From contig CALVRM010000032.1 in assembly GCA_944358695.1 (NCBI GenBank), positions 13,014-77,013 on the forward strand: DNA of 64,000 nucleotides, given 5' to 3'. The stretch is from an uncultured Bacilli bacterium (GTDB taxonomy: Bacteria > Bacillota_I > Bacilli_A > RF39 > UBA660). Positions 1-10,769 of this stretch are shown one piece after another. Both the position numbers and the translations under genes were made by a program. Each line of letters starts with the position of its first letter. The stretch's first letter is position 1. Below the pieces are notes generated by a model. It worked only from the letters and a program-made list of their open reading frames with translations. It searched no databases and had not been told where the DNA came from.

Positions 1-1
1 T

Positions 2-856
2 TGTGAATATAAACGTCATTTTCTTGAATATTCACCATATTATGCGATTATTACAAACATTGAATTAGACCACGTTGATTATTTCCAAAACATCGATGAT
101 GTTATTGATGCCTATCAAGAATATGCTAATAATGCCGAAAAAATGGTTATTGCCTGCGGCGATGATCAATACACTCATAGTTTAGAAATAAATAAACCAA
201 TTTTCTATTATGGTTTGGATGAAGACAACGATATTATTGCTAAAGATGTTAATTATAGTGTAACTGGTACTAGCTTTGATGTTTTTGTCGAAGATAATTA
301 TTATGGCCATTTTGATTTACCGCTATACGGTAAACATCAATTGCTAAATGCTTTAGCAGTTATTAGCGTTTGTTATTATGAAAGATTAGAAGCTAAAGAA
401 GTCGCAAAACAAATTAAAACTTTTTCCGGTGCCAAAAGAAGGTTTACCGAAACTATTGTTAAGGATAATGTGATTATCGATGATTATGCCCATCATCCAA
501 CTGAAGTAAAAGTTACGATAAAAGCAGCTAGACAAAAATATGATAGTAAAGAACTAGTTGTTGTCTTTCAGCCTCATACCTTTACTAGAACTAAAGAGTT
601 TGCTAAAGATTACATCGAAATTTTAAGCACCGTAGATAAAGCATATATTATGGATATTCATGGGTCAAGAGAAAATAAACAAGAGGACGATATTACCAGT
701 GAAGATTTAATTAATAATATTCCTAATTCTGAACATATCTCTTTAGATGAAGCCGATAAATTAATGAAACACCAGAACGCTGTCATTTTATTTATGAGTC
801 CAAACGATATTTCACCTCTTGAAAATGATTACATAAAAAAATTGGAAGATTTATAA
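2..856 (+). CDS. murC: UDP-N-acetylmuramate--L-alanine ligase, C-terminal part (5' end outside window)
   Basis: The frame is open from the window edge (CEYKRHFLEYSPYYAIITNIELDHVDYFQN...). DDYAHHPTEV and VVFQPHTFTRT are Mur-ligase middle/C-terminal motifs typical of MurC. Confidence 0.85.
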   Translation, partial: CEYKRHFLEYSPYYAIITNIELDHVDYFQNIDDVIDAYQEYANNAEKMVIACGDDQYTHSLEINKPIFYYGLDEDNDIIAKDVNYSVTGTSFDVFVEDNYYGHFDLPLYGKHQLLNALAVISVCYYERLEAKEVAKQIKTFSGAKRRFTETIVKDNVIIDDYAHHPTEVKVTIKAARQKYDSKELVVVFQPHTFTRTKEFAKDYIEILSTVDKAYIMDIHGSRENKQEDDITSEDLINNIPNSEHISLDEADKLMKHQNAVILFMSPNDISPLENDYIKKLEDL

Positions 857-931
857 AGCACGTTTAAGAACAATTAGAAGGAAACTTCTTTTTTTCTTTG
901 AATTAGTGTATAATATTGATAGGTGACTTTA

Positions 932-1633
932 ATGTTTGATAGATTTGAATTATTAGTTGGCGAGAAGATAAATGTTTTAAAATCAAAAACAGTATTGTTA
1001 ATTGGGCTTGGCGGAGTTGGTAGCTATGCCTTTGAAGCTTTGGTTCGTAGTGGAATAGGCCGCATAATTATTGTCGATAATGATACGATTGACATAACGA
1101 ATTTGAATCGTCAAATGTTAGCTTTAAATACTAACATAGGAAGTTATAAGGTTGACGAAGCTGAAAAACGGAAAAATCTAATCAATAAGGAATGTCAGAT
1201 ATTAAAAATCAAAGATTATATAACCAAAGAAAATATTAATATTCTTTTTAAAACCCAGGTTGACTTTTTGGTTGATGCCGAAGATACTTTATCTACCAAA
1301 AAAGAAATAATCAAATATTGTCTAAAAAATAATATCAAATTTATTTCAGCATGCGGTACTGGTAATAAGATGGATGCTAGTAAATTAGAAATTATTGATG
1401 TGCGACACACAAGCTACGATCCTATTGCTAAAGCCTTGAGACATTTTTTAAAAAAAGAAAATTTGCACGGCAAAGTGCCAGTAGTTACTTCGGCTGAAAA
1501 GCCAATAAAAATAACTCAAATAGGATCTAACGCTTTTGTTCCTGGAACCGCCGGATTGTTATGTGCAAGTTATGCTATAAATGAATTATTAAAGGAGGAA
1601 CATGATGGAAAAATTTATACTGAAAAAAATTAA
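932..1633 (+). CDS. tcdA: tRNA threonylcarbamoyladenosine dehydratase (ThiF/MoeB family, TcdA/CsdL-like)
   Basis: Rossmann motif LIGLGGVGS plus NLNRQ, colinear with TcdA. ATG 932 follows AGGTGA, so the ORF-track GTG at 923 is less likely. Confidence 0.75.
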   Translation: MFDRFELLVGEKINVLKSKTVLLIGLGGVGSYAFEALVRSGIGRIIIVDNDTIDITNLNRQMLALNTNIGSYKVDEAEKRKNLINKECQILKIKDYITKENINILFKTQVDFLVDAEDTLSTKKEIIKYCLKNNIKFISACGTGNKMDASKLEIIDVRHTSYDPIAKALRHFLKKENLHGKVPVVTSAEKPIKITQIGSNAFVPGTAGLLCASYAINELLKEEHDGKIYTEKN

Positions 1634-2135
1634 AACAATGCAAGGAAGTTTACTAGGAATTGGGATCCAAAGCGAAAAAATAAAAGAGGCCATCCAAAAT
1701 AACAAAAATATTTTGACTTGCTATTTGTTAGAAGAATCATCTTCACCTCTTAATAAGAAAAAACTTAAGCTAAAAGAGAAGAAGCGAACAATAAATATAA
1801 AAAAAATAAAGAAAGTTTTTAAGAAAAAACGTATCGATAATATAATTTGTAGTTATCAAACCATAAAACCGTTTTTAAAAACATTTGTTAGAGATAGTGT
1901 CTATATAAATAAAGGCGATTTATATATATATGGATCAAAAGATGATCTATATGAACTAAAAAATAAATATCAAAGATATACTACTAATATCGAAATTAAA
2001 GAAGAAAAAACGACTTCGGTTTTAATTGTCAACAATCAAACAACTAAAAATAATCGATTAAAAGATATCGGCTACTGGTGGCTAGATACTGGAACTGCAA
2101 TTGCTGACTTTTTAACGATGATCTTGGTGAATTAA
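1602..2135 (+). CDS. hypothetical Lys-rich protein
   Basis: The ATG is preceded by AAAGGAGG. The 177-aa product has no motif I recognise. It overlaps the tcdA 3' end by 32 nt. Confidence 0.4.
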   Translation: MMEKFILKKIKTMQGSLLGIGIQSEKIKEAIQNNKNILTCYLLEESSSPLNKKKLKLKEKKRTINIKKIKKVFKKKRIDNIICSYQTIKPFLKTFVRDSVYINKGDLYIYGSKDDLYELKNKYQRYTTNIEIKEEKTTSVLIVNNQTTKNNRLKDIGYWWLDTGTAIADFLTMILVN

Positions 2136-2204
2136 AAGGTAATTAAGATTATTGGTTTAAATAATCTAATATGCAAACAAAAAGGCATTAAACTTATAAA
2201 AAAG

Positions 2205-2236
2205 AAACAATCAAAAATATGATCGATTGTTTTTTC
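2205..2236 (+). terminator. rho-independent terminator candidate
   Basis: AAACAATC ... GATTGTTT stem followed by a T run, downstream of ORF 1602-2135. Confidence 0.45.
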
Positions 2237-2277
2237 TATGTATTTTTGCTATAATTAAAGAAATGTAAGGTGATAAT

Positions 2278-5220
2278 ATGTACTTAAAAGAAATAAAGGC
2301 TCAAGGTTTCAAATCCTTTGCGGATAAAATCAATATTAAACTCACTAATGGGATAACCGGAATTGTTGGACCTAACGGATCAGGAAAAAGCAATGTCGTC
2401 GATGCCGTTAGATGGGTATTAGGCGAACAATCAGTAAAATCATTACGTGGTGACGGAAATATGACAGATGTTATTTTTTCCGGTAGTAAAAGTCGTAATC
2501 CAATGAATGTTGCCTCAGTTAGTTTAATATTTGATAATACTGATAAATACCTTCCTTTAGAATACGATGAAGTAGCTATAAAAAGAAGAGTGTACAAAGA
2601 TGGAACTAATGAGTATTTTTTAAACAATGAAAGAGTTAGGCTAAAGGACATCACGAATTTACTATTAGATAGTGGTATTGCGAAAGAAAGTTTTAATATT
2701 ATCTCTCAAGGTAAAATTGAATCTATCATTAGTAGTAAACCAACTGAAAGAAGAGTAATCTTTGAAGAAGCGGCTGGGGTTTTAAAATATAAAAGGCGTA
2801 AAGAAGAAGCCATTCGTAAATTAGATAAAACACATAATAATTTAAATCGAATAAATGACATTGTAAGAGAATTAGAACCACAGATCGAGCCTTTAAAAGA
2901 AGCCAAAGAGAAAGCCATAGAATATAATAAGGCAAAAGAAGAGTTAGAAGATATAGAGATTGCTTTAATTACCGAGGACATTACTAATATTAATTATCAA
3001 TACCAGGAAAGCAAAAACAAAATTGATATCTTAAATGACGAAATATTAAAGCTTTCATCTTCTACCACTACGTCAGAAGCGAAAACAAGTTTATATAAAA
3101 ATCAAATTGTTAAAATCGACGAACAATTAAAAATTGTTCAATCACAAATTTTGGAATTAACAACGTTAGTTGAAAAGTTAAATAGTCAAAAAGCAATTAT
3201 AATCGAAAGAAAAAATTATGAGGTCGATGATACTAAATTACATAATACAATTTTGGAATTAAAAGAAAAGGCTTTGAAATTACAAAATGAAATAAATAGC
3301 GTAGAAACTGATATAATTAATATCAATCGCGAAACAACCAGTCTTAATGAAAAAATAAAAAGCGTAAACAATGAATTAACTGAATTAAAATCAAAAAAAA
3401 TCCAGATTGAAACCACTTTGACAAACACACTTAGGCAAAAACACAATTTGCAAATAAAAGCTGATTCATTAAAAGACAGCATCGAAAATGGGGCCGGCTT
3501 ACCACTTGCTGTTAAAAGTATATTAAATAATCCCAAACTACGTGGTATTCATAACATTATAGGCAATCTTATTGAAGTAGATGAAAAATATTCTTTAGCT
3601 ATTACTACGGCATTAGGTTATAATGCTAACAATATTATTGTTAACGATGAAAAATGTGCAAAAGAGTCAATTAACTATTTAAAAAATATCGGACGCGCAA
3701 CGTTCTTTCCATTAAACATTATTAAAGGGAAATATATCGATGATGAAACGATGAACATAATTAATCATCAGCCCTATTTTGTTTGTGTCGCTAGCGATTT
3801 AGTAAAATTTGAGGAAAAATATAATAATATTATTCTAAATCAGCTAGGTAACGTATTGGTTACTGAAAATATTGAGGCTGCAATCAAACTTAGCAAATTA
3901 ATAAATGCCAAATATCGGGTTGTAACTTTAACAGGAGAAATTGTTCATGTCGGTGGATCTATGACCGGTGGTAAACAAAATAAAGTCAGAAATGTCATTA
4001 GTGATAGATATGAATTAGAAAACACTTTAAAAGAAGTCCAAAGCTTAATTGGGAAAATTAAAAATGCAGAGAATGAAATTAATGAAATCGACTATGGACT
4101 AAAGTCATTAGAGGATAAAATATATCTTTTAAGCAAAGATAAACTTTTAAAAGAAGAACAAATAATTAATAAAAATCAAACAATAACCGCATTAAAAGAT
4201 AATTTGGAAAAAGTTAACCTCGATATTAATGGAACTAATAATATTTTAGGTGGCACGCTTTCTAAAGAAGAAGAAGAAATCATTTCTAAGTATTATGAGG
4301 CAGTTAAAAAGAAAGAAGAAAAAACAAAAGAGCTTGAAATTTTGACCAAAGAAAAACAAAACATTAATGAAACACTAGAAGAATATGAGCTTTCAGTCAA
4401 AAAAGAAAATAGTATATATAATGCCAAAACAACTGAACTAAAAGACTTAGAAATTAGTGTTAATCGTATGGACGTTAAACTAGATAATCTATTAAATATT
4501 TTGAGTGAAACTTATAGTATGACGTATGAAAAAGCTAAAGACAATTACAAGTTAGATTTAGATTATAATTTAGCAAAAACAAAAGTTAATAATTTAAAAC
4601 GTAAATTAAAAGAACTTGGCATTGTCAATTTGGCAGCACCTGAAGAGTATGAACGTATTAGTTCTAGATACGAATTTTTATTAAGCCAAATCAACGATTT
4701 AGCTGAAGCTGAAAATACTTTATTTAAAATAATTGACGAGATGGATAAAGTTATGATCAAAGAATTTAACGATTCTTTTAAAGTAATTAATAACAACTTC
4801 GAAGAAACTTTCCGCGAGTTATTTAAGGGTGGAACTGCGACATTAAAATTAACCAATCCAAACGATTTATTAGAGACTGGTATTGAAATCATCGCTAGTC
4901 CCCCTGGGAAAAAGTTAAGCAGTATTTCTTTGCTATCAGGTGGAGAAAAAACTTTGACAGCCATTAGCCTGTTATTTGCTATTATCAAATCTAGACCTGC
5001 ACCATTTTGTATTTTAGACGAAGTTGAAGCGGCTTTAGACGAGGTGAATGTGGACACCTTTGGTAAATATATTACTACTTTAAAAAATAAATCACAATTT
5101 ATTATTATAACGCATAAAAAGAAAACAATGGAATACGCTGATGTTTTATATGGTGTAACTATGCAAGAGTCTGGAGTTAGTAAATTAGTAAGTGTTAGAT
5201 TAGATGAAATAGGCAAATAA
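2278..5220 (+). CDS. smc: chromosome segregation protein SMC
   Basis: 980 aa with N-terminal Walker A GPNGSGKSN, long coiled coils and a central hinge. The C-terminus carries the LSGGEK signature and Walker B ILDEVEAALD. Confidence 0.95.
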   Translation: MYLKEIKAQGFKSFADKINIKLTNGITGIVGPNGSGKSNVVDAVRWVLGEQSVKSLRGDGNMTDVIFSGSKSRNPMNVASVSLIFDNTDKYLPLEYDEVAIKRRVYKDGTNEYFLNNERVRLKDITNLLLDSGIAKESFNIISQGKIESIISSKPTERRVIFEEAAGVLKYKRRKEEAIRKLDKTHNNLNRINDIVRELEPQIEPLKEAKEKAIEYNKAKEELEDIEIALITEDITNINYQYQESKNKIDILNDEILKLSSSTTTSEAKTSLYKNQIVKIDEQLKIVQSQILELTTLVEKLNSQKAIIIERKNYEVDDTKLHNTILELKEKALKLQNEINSVETDIININRETTSLNEKIKSVNNELTELKSKKIQIETTLTNTLRQKHNLQIKADSLKDSIENGAGLPLAVKSILNNPKLRGIHNIIGNLIEVDEKYSLAITTALGYNANNIIVNDEKCAKESINYLKNIGRATFFPLNIIKGKYIDDETMNIINHQPYFVCVASDLVKFEEKYNNIILNQLGNVLVTENIEAAIKLSKLINAKYRVVTLTGEIVHVGGSMTGGKQNKVRNVISDRYELENTLKEVQSLIGKIKNAENEINEIDYGLKSLEDKIYLLSKDKLLKEEQIINKNQTITALKDNLEKVNLDINGTNNILGGTLSKEEEEIISKYYEAVKKKEEKTKELEILTKEKQNINETLEEYELSVKKENSIYNAKTTELKDLEISVNRMDVKLDNLLNILSETYSMTYEKAKDNYKLDLDYNLAKTKVNNLKRKLKELGIVNLAAPEEYERISSRYEFLLSQINDLAEAENTLFKIIDEMDKVMIKEFNDSFKVINNNFEETFRELFKGGTATLKLTNPNDLLETGIEIIASPPGKKLSSISLLSGGEKTLTAISLLFAIIKSRPAPFCILDEVEAALDEVNVDTFGKYITTLKNKSQFIIITHKKKTMEYADVLYGVTMQESGVSKLVSVRLDEIGK

Positions 5221-5332
5221 CTATCTAAAGCTCAAAATTAATTGTAAATAGAGAATGAAAACCGAAATTAGGAGAATAGTTCTCTTTTTTGCTTAAACTA
5301 AACTAATATGTTATAATCGAATAGGTGATAAA

Positions 5333-6922
5333 ATGTTACAAGTAAAAAATGTAACTCTACGTTTTGGCAGTAGAGTATTATTTGAGGATGTTAATTTAGA
5401 ATTTATCGCGAATAATTGTTACGGTGTAATCGGTGCTAATGGTGCTGGCAAAAGTACCTTTTTGAAATTGTTAACTGGCGATATTGAAACAACTAAAGGC
5501 GAAATTATTAAAGATAAGCATGATAGATTATCGGTTTTAAAACAAAATCATAATGCTTGTGATGAATATAGTGTTTTGGACACTGTTATTATGGGTAACG
5601 CCAAGCTTTATAGTATTATGAAAGAAAAAGAACGTTTATATATGAAACCTGATTTTACTGACGAAGACGGTATTAGAGTAGGTAAATTAGAGGCAGAATT
5701 TGAAGCGCTTAATGGTTGGGAAGCTGAAAGCGAAGCAGCTATACTTTTATCAGGATTAGGCATTAATAATGATTTTTACGACAAAAAGATGGTTAATTTA
5801 AAAGAAAAAGAAAAAGTTAAAGTTTTATTAGCGTCTGCTTTATTTGGTAATCCAGATATTTTACTTTTAGATGAACCAACTAATGGGTTAGATATTAAAA
5901 GTAAACTTTGGCTTGAAGATTTCTTAGTTAATTTTAAAGGAACTATTATTTTGGTATCTCATGATCGTCATTTTTTAAATACCGTTTGCACTCATATGGT
6001 CGATATTGATCGTGAACGGATTAAAATGAGCATTGGTAACTATGACTTTTGGTATCAATCAAATGAATTAATGCAAAAACAAATAAAAGATACTAATAAG
6101 AAAAAAGAAGAGAAAATAAAAGAATTGCAATCCTTTATTGCGAGATTCTCTGCTAACGCTTCAAAATCAAAACAAGCTACTTCACGAAAAAAATTACTCG
6201 AAAAAATAGAACTAGAAGAATTAAAACCTTCTTCCCGAAAATATCCATATATTAATTTCGAATACGAAAAAAGGTTAGGTAAAGAAATTGTATATTTAAG
6301 AAATATCAATGTTACCATTGATGGAAAAACTATACTAAAAAATTTTTCTCTCACCTTAAGGGCCGAAGATAAAATTGCTTTAATTGGCGAAAATGAAATA
6401 GCCAAAACTACTTTGTTTAAAATTTTAAACGGCGAAATTATTCCAGATAGTGGAGAAATAAAAATAGGAACAACAGTTATTTTCTCATACTTTCCAAAAA
6501 ACCACGATGAATATTTCCATGGGACTGAAACATTAGTTGAATTTCTTCGTAAATATTCAGAAAATAAAGAAGATAGCTTTATTAGAGGCTTTTTAGGACG
6601 TATGTTATTCTCCGGTGAAGAGGCTTTAAAACCAATTAATGTTTTATCTGGTGGTGAAAAAGTAAGATTGATGTTTTCCAAGTTGATGATGACTAAAGGA
6701 AATGTTCTTCTTTTAGATGAACCAACTAATCACTTAGATATTGAGTCAATAACTTCTTTAAACAACGCATTAAAAAAATTTAATGGACCAATTATTTTTG
6801 CTAGTTACGACACTGAATTAATCGAATCTGTTTCTAATCGTTTAATATATTTCGATAGCGAAGGGGATTATATCGATAAACAATTAGATTATAAAGAATT
6901 TGTTCAAAAGTATAACATTTAA
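5333..6922 (+). CDS. ABC-F family ATPase (two ABC cassettes, no TM domain)
   Basis: GANGAGKST Walker A, LSGGEK signature and LLLDEPTN Walker B are present, with the latter two duplicated. A charged linker (KKKEEKIKELQ) separates the cassettes. A TTGCTT-N17-TATAAT promoter lies upstream. Confidence 0.85.
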   Translation: MLQVKNVTLRFGSRVLFEDVNLEFIANNCYGVIGANGAGKSTFLKLLTGDIETTKGEIIKDKHDRLSVLKQNHNACDEYSVLDTVIMGNAKLYSIMKEKERLYMKPDFTDEDGIRVGKLEAEFEALNGWEAESEAAILLSGLGINNDFYDKKMVNLKEKEKVKVLLASALFGNPDILLLDEPTNGLDIKSKLWLEDFLVNFKGTIILVSHDRHFLNTVCTHMVDIDRERIKMSIGNYDFWYQSNELMQKQIKDTNKKKEEKIKELQSFIARFSANASKSKQATSRKKLLEKIELEELKPSSRKYPYINFEYEKRLGKEIVYLRNINVTIDGKTILKNFSLTLRAEDKIALIGENEIAKTTLFKILNGEIIPDSGEIKIGTTVIFSYFPKNHDEYFHGTETLVEFLRKYSENKEDSFIRGFLGRMLFSGEEALKPINVLSGGEKVRLMFSKLMMTKGNVLLLDEPTNHLDIESITSLNNALKKFNGPIIFASYDTELIESVSNRLIYFDSEGDYIDKQLDYKEFVQKYNI

Positions 6923-6952
6923 AATACTCGGAGTTAGCCCGAGTATTTTTTT
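6921..6952. terminator. bidirectional rho-independent terminator
   Basis: ATACTCGG-agttagc-CCGAGTAT stem flanked by an A run and a T run, between convergent genes. Confidence 0.7.
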
Positions 6953-8684
6953 AACTAAAAATTGCATATTTAGTTAATTTATAAATAGTTCCATTAATAC
7001 GCAAATAAATATAATATTTACCATAGATCCCTTGTTTACTAATATATGTTGAAGTTTCCATTTTATTATTTTTTATTTTAGTTCCCTTTGTTACATCTAC
7101 ATCATAAGTCTTTTTACTAAGAACATTATCTAATATTATTTGAACTTGATCAGTTTTCTTAAAAGAGCCTTTGACAATAAAATATTTAGAGTTAGTGGAA
7201 AGATGTAGATCGTATTTTTTATAAATTGAAGGATCTTTTTTAGAGAATATAACCATATGATCATTAGTAGTTTGTGTGATACCAGTATTTCCTAGCCGTT
7301 GTCCATTAGCCGGCATAAACATATCGCCAGTATACATTTTAGACTGTTTAGAACTATAAAGTTCGTGATCAGCTGTTAGTATAGAGGTAACTTCATCATC
7401 GGAAATTATTTTAATTTCTTTATCTTGAGTAATAATGAAATTACCGTCTGAATAATCGATATTAGCACTCGCACTAACTTTACCAAGGTTAATATTTTTT
7501 ACTTCTTTAAAACGTCTTTCGCTGGTATTTAAAGAATATTCAACTAAATGATTTTCATTATTTTTACTATTAATATAAGCAATATTTCCATCTTTTGTTA
7601 AAGTTACTGCTTGTGGTTTAATAGGAGATTCAAACTCACCATCATTCTCAAATAAATACTTTTGATATTTTTTTGGAACTTTATTTTTATCAGCAATCAA
7701 ACCATTTAATTCGCCGGATGTATAATCAATATTTACAATCATATCTTTATTAGCACCAACTGCCAAAATCGAGTTTGTTGTTGCATTGTAAGCCACGGAA
7801 TTTAAAGATATCCAATTTTCCCCATCGTCATTTGGCATTAGATCGTATAGATCAAATTTTTTAACGATTTCGCCAGTATCACGATTTAATTCAACAATGT
7901 AATCTTCTTTAGTTCCACCATCAAAATTATTTGATAAAACCAAAAGATTACCATTTACCATCTCAAAAACATCATGATGATATCCCCCAGGAAGATTGTA
8001 TTCATAATATACTTTACCCAGTAAATCCATTTCCACAAGTCCCGAAGCATAGTATGGATCTTTCATTAAATCCGAACTGCCTAATAAGATATATCCATTG
8101 CTAAGCCTTGTAAAGTCCCAACCACATGGCTCTGTTAAATACCATCTAATGTTCCCTTTTTTATCGTAGGCCACAGGATAGCCATTAACATCTTTTGAAG
8201 TAGTAAAGAAAAATTCTTCTTCAATATCATTATTTATAGTAGCATTTTCTAATCCAAGGGATAATTTTTCTGTTTTTATCTTTAATTCTTTTTCTTCACC
8301 GCTAGTGGCAATAATTACTGTGTTCTCATAATCAGGATAAAGACCGTAAATAGATATAAAATGCTCTTTAGTTGGGACAAACGTATTAACAATATCATTA
8401 TCACCATCTTTGCCTTTAACAGTTACAGTAACTGAAGCTAAATCATTTGTTTTAAATACCACTAAAGCGGTCAATGGCGAAATTTTATAAGGATTAACAA
8501 TTACTTTTGGATTATCAATAGAATAATTGCTGTCCGATAATAAATCTTTTTCAATTTCAGCTTGCTCAGATAAAAGGTCACTTTCAATATCAACCATCGT
8601 ATTTTCTTCGATATAATTATATATAAGAATAGATGCAATAATCGTTACTGCGATTAATATAAAATATTTGTATTTAGTTTTCAT
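6951..8684 (-). CDS. membrane-anchored arylsulfotransferase (ASST)-like beta-propeller protein
   Basis: N-terminal TM anchor followed by a ~540-aa domain. The segments NPYKISPLTALVVF and GGYHHDVFEM resemble the ASST family as I recall it. This is a recollection-level assignment. Confidence 0.5.
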   Translation of the reverse strand: MKTKYKYFILIAVTIIASILIYNYIEENTMVDIESDLLSEQAEIEKDLLSDSNYSIDNPKVIVNPYKISPLTALVVFKTNDLASVTVTVKGKDGDNDIVNTFVPTKEHFISIYGLYPDYENTVIIATSGEEKELKIKTEKLSLGLENATINNDIEEEFFFTTSKDVNGYPVAYDKKGNIRWYLTEPCGWDFTRLSNGYILLGSSDLMKDPYYASGLVEMDLLGKVYYEYNLPGGYHHDVFEMVNGNLLVLSNNFDGGTKEDYIVELNRDTGEIVKKFDLYDLMPNDDGENWISLNSVAYNATTNSILAVGANKDMIVNIDYTSGELNGLIADKNKVPKKYQKYLFENDGEFESPIKPQAVTLTKDGNIAYINSKNNENHLVEYSLNTSERRFKEVKNINLGKVSASANIDYSDGNFIITQDKEIKIISDDEVTSILTADHELYSSKQSKMYTGDMFMPANGQRLGNTGITQTTNDHMVIFSKKDPSIYKKYDLHLSTNSKYFIVKGSFKKTDQVQIILDNVLSKKTYDVDVTKGTKIKNNKMETSTYISKQGIYGKYYIYLRINGTIYKLTKYAIFS

Positions 8685-8692
8685 AAAGCCTC

Positions 8693-9241
8693 CTAGATTA
8701 ATCTAATTTCATTTTCATTAAAGAAAGGTCTTTTTTTATTTATTCTATCAAAAAATAAAATACCATTTAAATGATCAATTTCGTGCTGAAACGCGATTGC
8801 TAATTCTTCACGTGCTCTAACTGAAATTTTATTACCATCAGGATCATATCCACTAATCGTGATACGCGCAAATCTTGGAACATGTCCATCGACTTCGCGG
8901 TTGACACTTAAGCATCCTTCACCAGTTTCGAGAGCTACCATTTCTTCAGAATGACTTATAATCTTGGGATTAACAAAAACATAGTTTTTAAATTTGCCTT
9001 CTTCATATTCATAAACAATTACTATAATTCTTTTTAACTGTCCTAGTTGTGGAAAAGCAAGTCCCATACCTGGACGCAAATTATATTTTTCTGCATATTC
9101 TTCAATTTGACTATAAGTAAGTTGTCTGATGATTTGATCAATAGTCTCTTTATCTTTTTTAGATAAAGGGAGATCAACCGTTTTACTAACTTGGCGAAGT
9201 GTTTTATTTTTTTCATCCAAGACTTTTAATTCCTTAAACAT
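8693..9241 (-). CDS. def: peptide deformylase
   Basis: Three canonical motifs: GLAFPQLG, EGCLS and HEIDHLNG. Confidence 0.9.
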   Translation of the reverse strand: MFKELKVLDEKNKTLRQVSKTVDLPLSKKDKETIDQIIRQLTYSQIEEYAEKYNLRPGMGLAFPQLGQLKRIIVIVYEYEEGKFKNYVFVNPKIISHSEEMVALETGEGCLSVNREVDGHVPRFARITISGYDPDGNKISVRAREELAIAFQHEIDHLNGILFFDRINKKRPFFNENEIRLI

Positions 9242-9414
9242 TTTATCACTTCCATATATAATATTTTATCATATTTTAAAGCAATTAAATAATTAAATTA
9301 CTTTAATTTACATAGTTTTTTATTTAAAAAACATATGTATTATATATTGAGCTAAAATAAATGTCAAATAACATATATTTATGAAGAATAACCATAATAT
9401 AAATGGTGATTTAT

Positions 9415-10362
9415 ATGAAAATAAGACTGGGATATGTTGCGCTATCTTTGACATTAGATATTACGGCTTCAAAAACCATAACTTATACAAACTACCATAA
9501 ACTAAAAACTGAGGTAAGAAATATAAAACTAGATCAGTTGATAAACGAAAATTTTAACAACTTAAAAAAAATCTTTTGGTATAATTATCGAAATAAAATA
9601 CATTTCTATCGTATCAGTCATAACATTATTCCTTTAGCTACACATAAAGACGTAATTTTTGACTATATAACTCCATATCAAAAAGAATGGGAACAATTAG
9701 GAAAATTGACCAAATTATATGATCTTAGAGTTGATACTCATCCAGATCAATTTTGTGTTTTAAACAGCAACCAAATAAAAGTAATTGAAAATAGCATTGA
9801 AATGCTCAAATTTCATCAAAAAATGTTTGAAGCCATGAAAATTGAAGGAAAAACAGTACTCCATGTTGGTGGAGCCTATGGCAATAAAGAAAAATCAATC
9901 AAAAAGTTTATTACTACTTTTAAAAAACTTGACAAAAAGCTTCAAGACATTATTATTTTAGAAAATGATGACAAGATTTTTAACATAAAAGACGTTTTAT
10001 ATATTTGTGAAACATTGAAAATTCCGATGGTCCTAGATTATCATCATTACATGTGTAACAATGAAGGCGAAGATTTAAAAGCGTATCTTCCACGAATTTT
10101 AAGAACATGGGAAAATCAAAAACTTAAACCTAAAATGCATTTTTCTTCGCCGAAAAATAAAAGAGAATTTCGTAGTCATAGTGATTATATCGATGTAAAT
10201 AGTTTCATAAAATTTCTTCAAATATTAGAAACATATAAGATGGATATAGATATCATGCTTGAATGTAAGGCAAAAGATGAAGCCTTATTTAGATTAGTAA
10301 GACAGCTTAAGTATCAAACAAATTATCATTTTATAGATGATACCACATTTGAAATAAAATAG
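9415..10362 (+). CDS. uvsE: UV damage endonuclease UvdE/UvsE
   Basis: Begins MKIRLGYVA, is ~315 aa, and has the conserved H/D/E-rich TIM-barrel pattern of UvdE. ATG 9415 follows GGTGA. Confidence 0.8.
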   Translation: MKIRLGYVALSLTLDITASKTITYTNYHKLKTEVRNIKLDQLINENFNNLKKIFWYNYRNKIHFYRISHNIIPLATHKDVIFDYITPYQKEWEQLGKLTKLYDLRVDTHPDQFCVLNSNQIKVIENSIEMLKFHQKMFEAMKIEGKTVLHVGGAYGNKEKSIKKFITTFKKLDKKLQDIIILENDDKIFNIKDVLYICETLKIPMVLDYHHYMCNNEGEDLKAYLPRILRTWENQKLKPKMHFSSPKNKREFRSHSDYIDVNSFIKFLQILETYKMDIDIMLECKAKDEALFRLVRQLKYQTNYHFIDDTTFEIK

Positions 10363-10460
10363 TTTATTTTTATCCGCTTATTTTTAGTAAAGTTGCAAGA
10401 TAAAAAAAGCACTATTTAGCGCTTTTCCTTTTAAAAAGAAGCTAGAAATTACTTAACTTC

Positions 10461-10625
10461 TTAACAATTGCCGTTACCGAATGCACGAGCACCGATAATG
10501 ATTACTAATAAAATGAATAGAACTAAGATAATAGCTGCTCCATAGCCTGCGCCATAGCCACCTGGGTAGCCGCCACCGCATTGGTTACCGCATCCATAAC
10601 CTTGATAACCACCATAGTAATACAT
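10461..10625 (-). CDS. tiny Gly/Tyr-rich membrane protein (YjcZ-like), absent from the ORF track
   Basis: My reverse-complement translation is MYYYGGYQGYGCGNQCGGGYPGGYGAGYGAAIILVLFILLVIIIGARAFGNGNC (54 aa). A strong SD (TAGGAGGTTGTTAT-ATG) precedes it and a terminator-like hairpin follows it. Confidence 0.6.
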   Translation of the reverse strand: MYYYGGYQGYGCGNQCGGGYPGGYGAGYGAAIILVLFILLVIIIGARAFGNGNC

Positions 10626-10769
10626 ATAACAACCTCCTATCTATTCTAGTATAGTGTACGTCTTTTAACATATAACGACTATTAAAAACACCTAATTTTT
10701 GTTTTTTATATTTTTTCATTCAAAAACTATAAATATTGTGCTATCATATTATATGATAGGAGTTAAAAA

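Noticed and set aside
2301-5216. Antisense ORFs inside smc (2301-2654, 2706-2981, 2729-2935, 3216-3536, 4563-5216). Similar shadow ORFs lie inside other genes: 1216-1410, 6055-6681, 10916-11107, 12328-12758, 16112-16509, 17249-17578, 24602-24865, 28478-28864, 30275-30562, 32621-32905, 42022-42219, 42319-42624, 48420-48638, 50170-50364, 59381-59683, 59403-59639, 59910-60113 and 63431-63625.
   Set aside because: They lie entirely within and opposite to genes with strong family motifs. They lack SD sequences and have the low-complexity composition typical of antisense frames of AT-rich genes.
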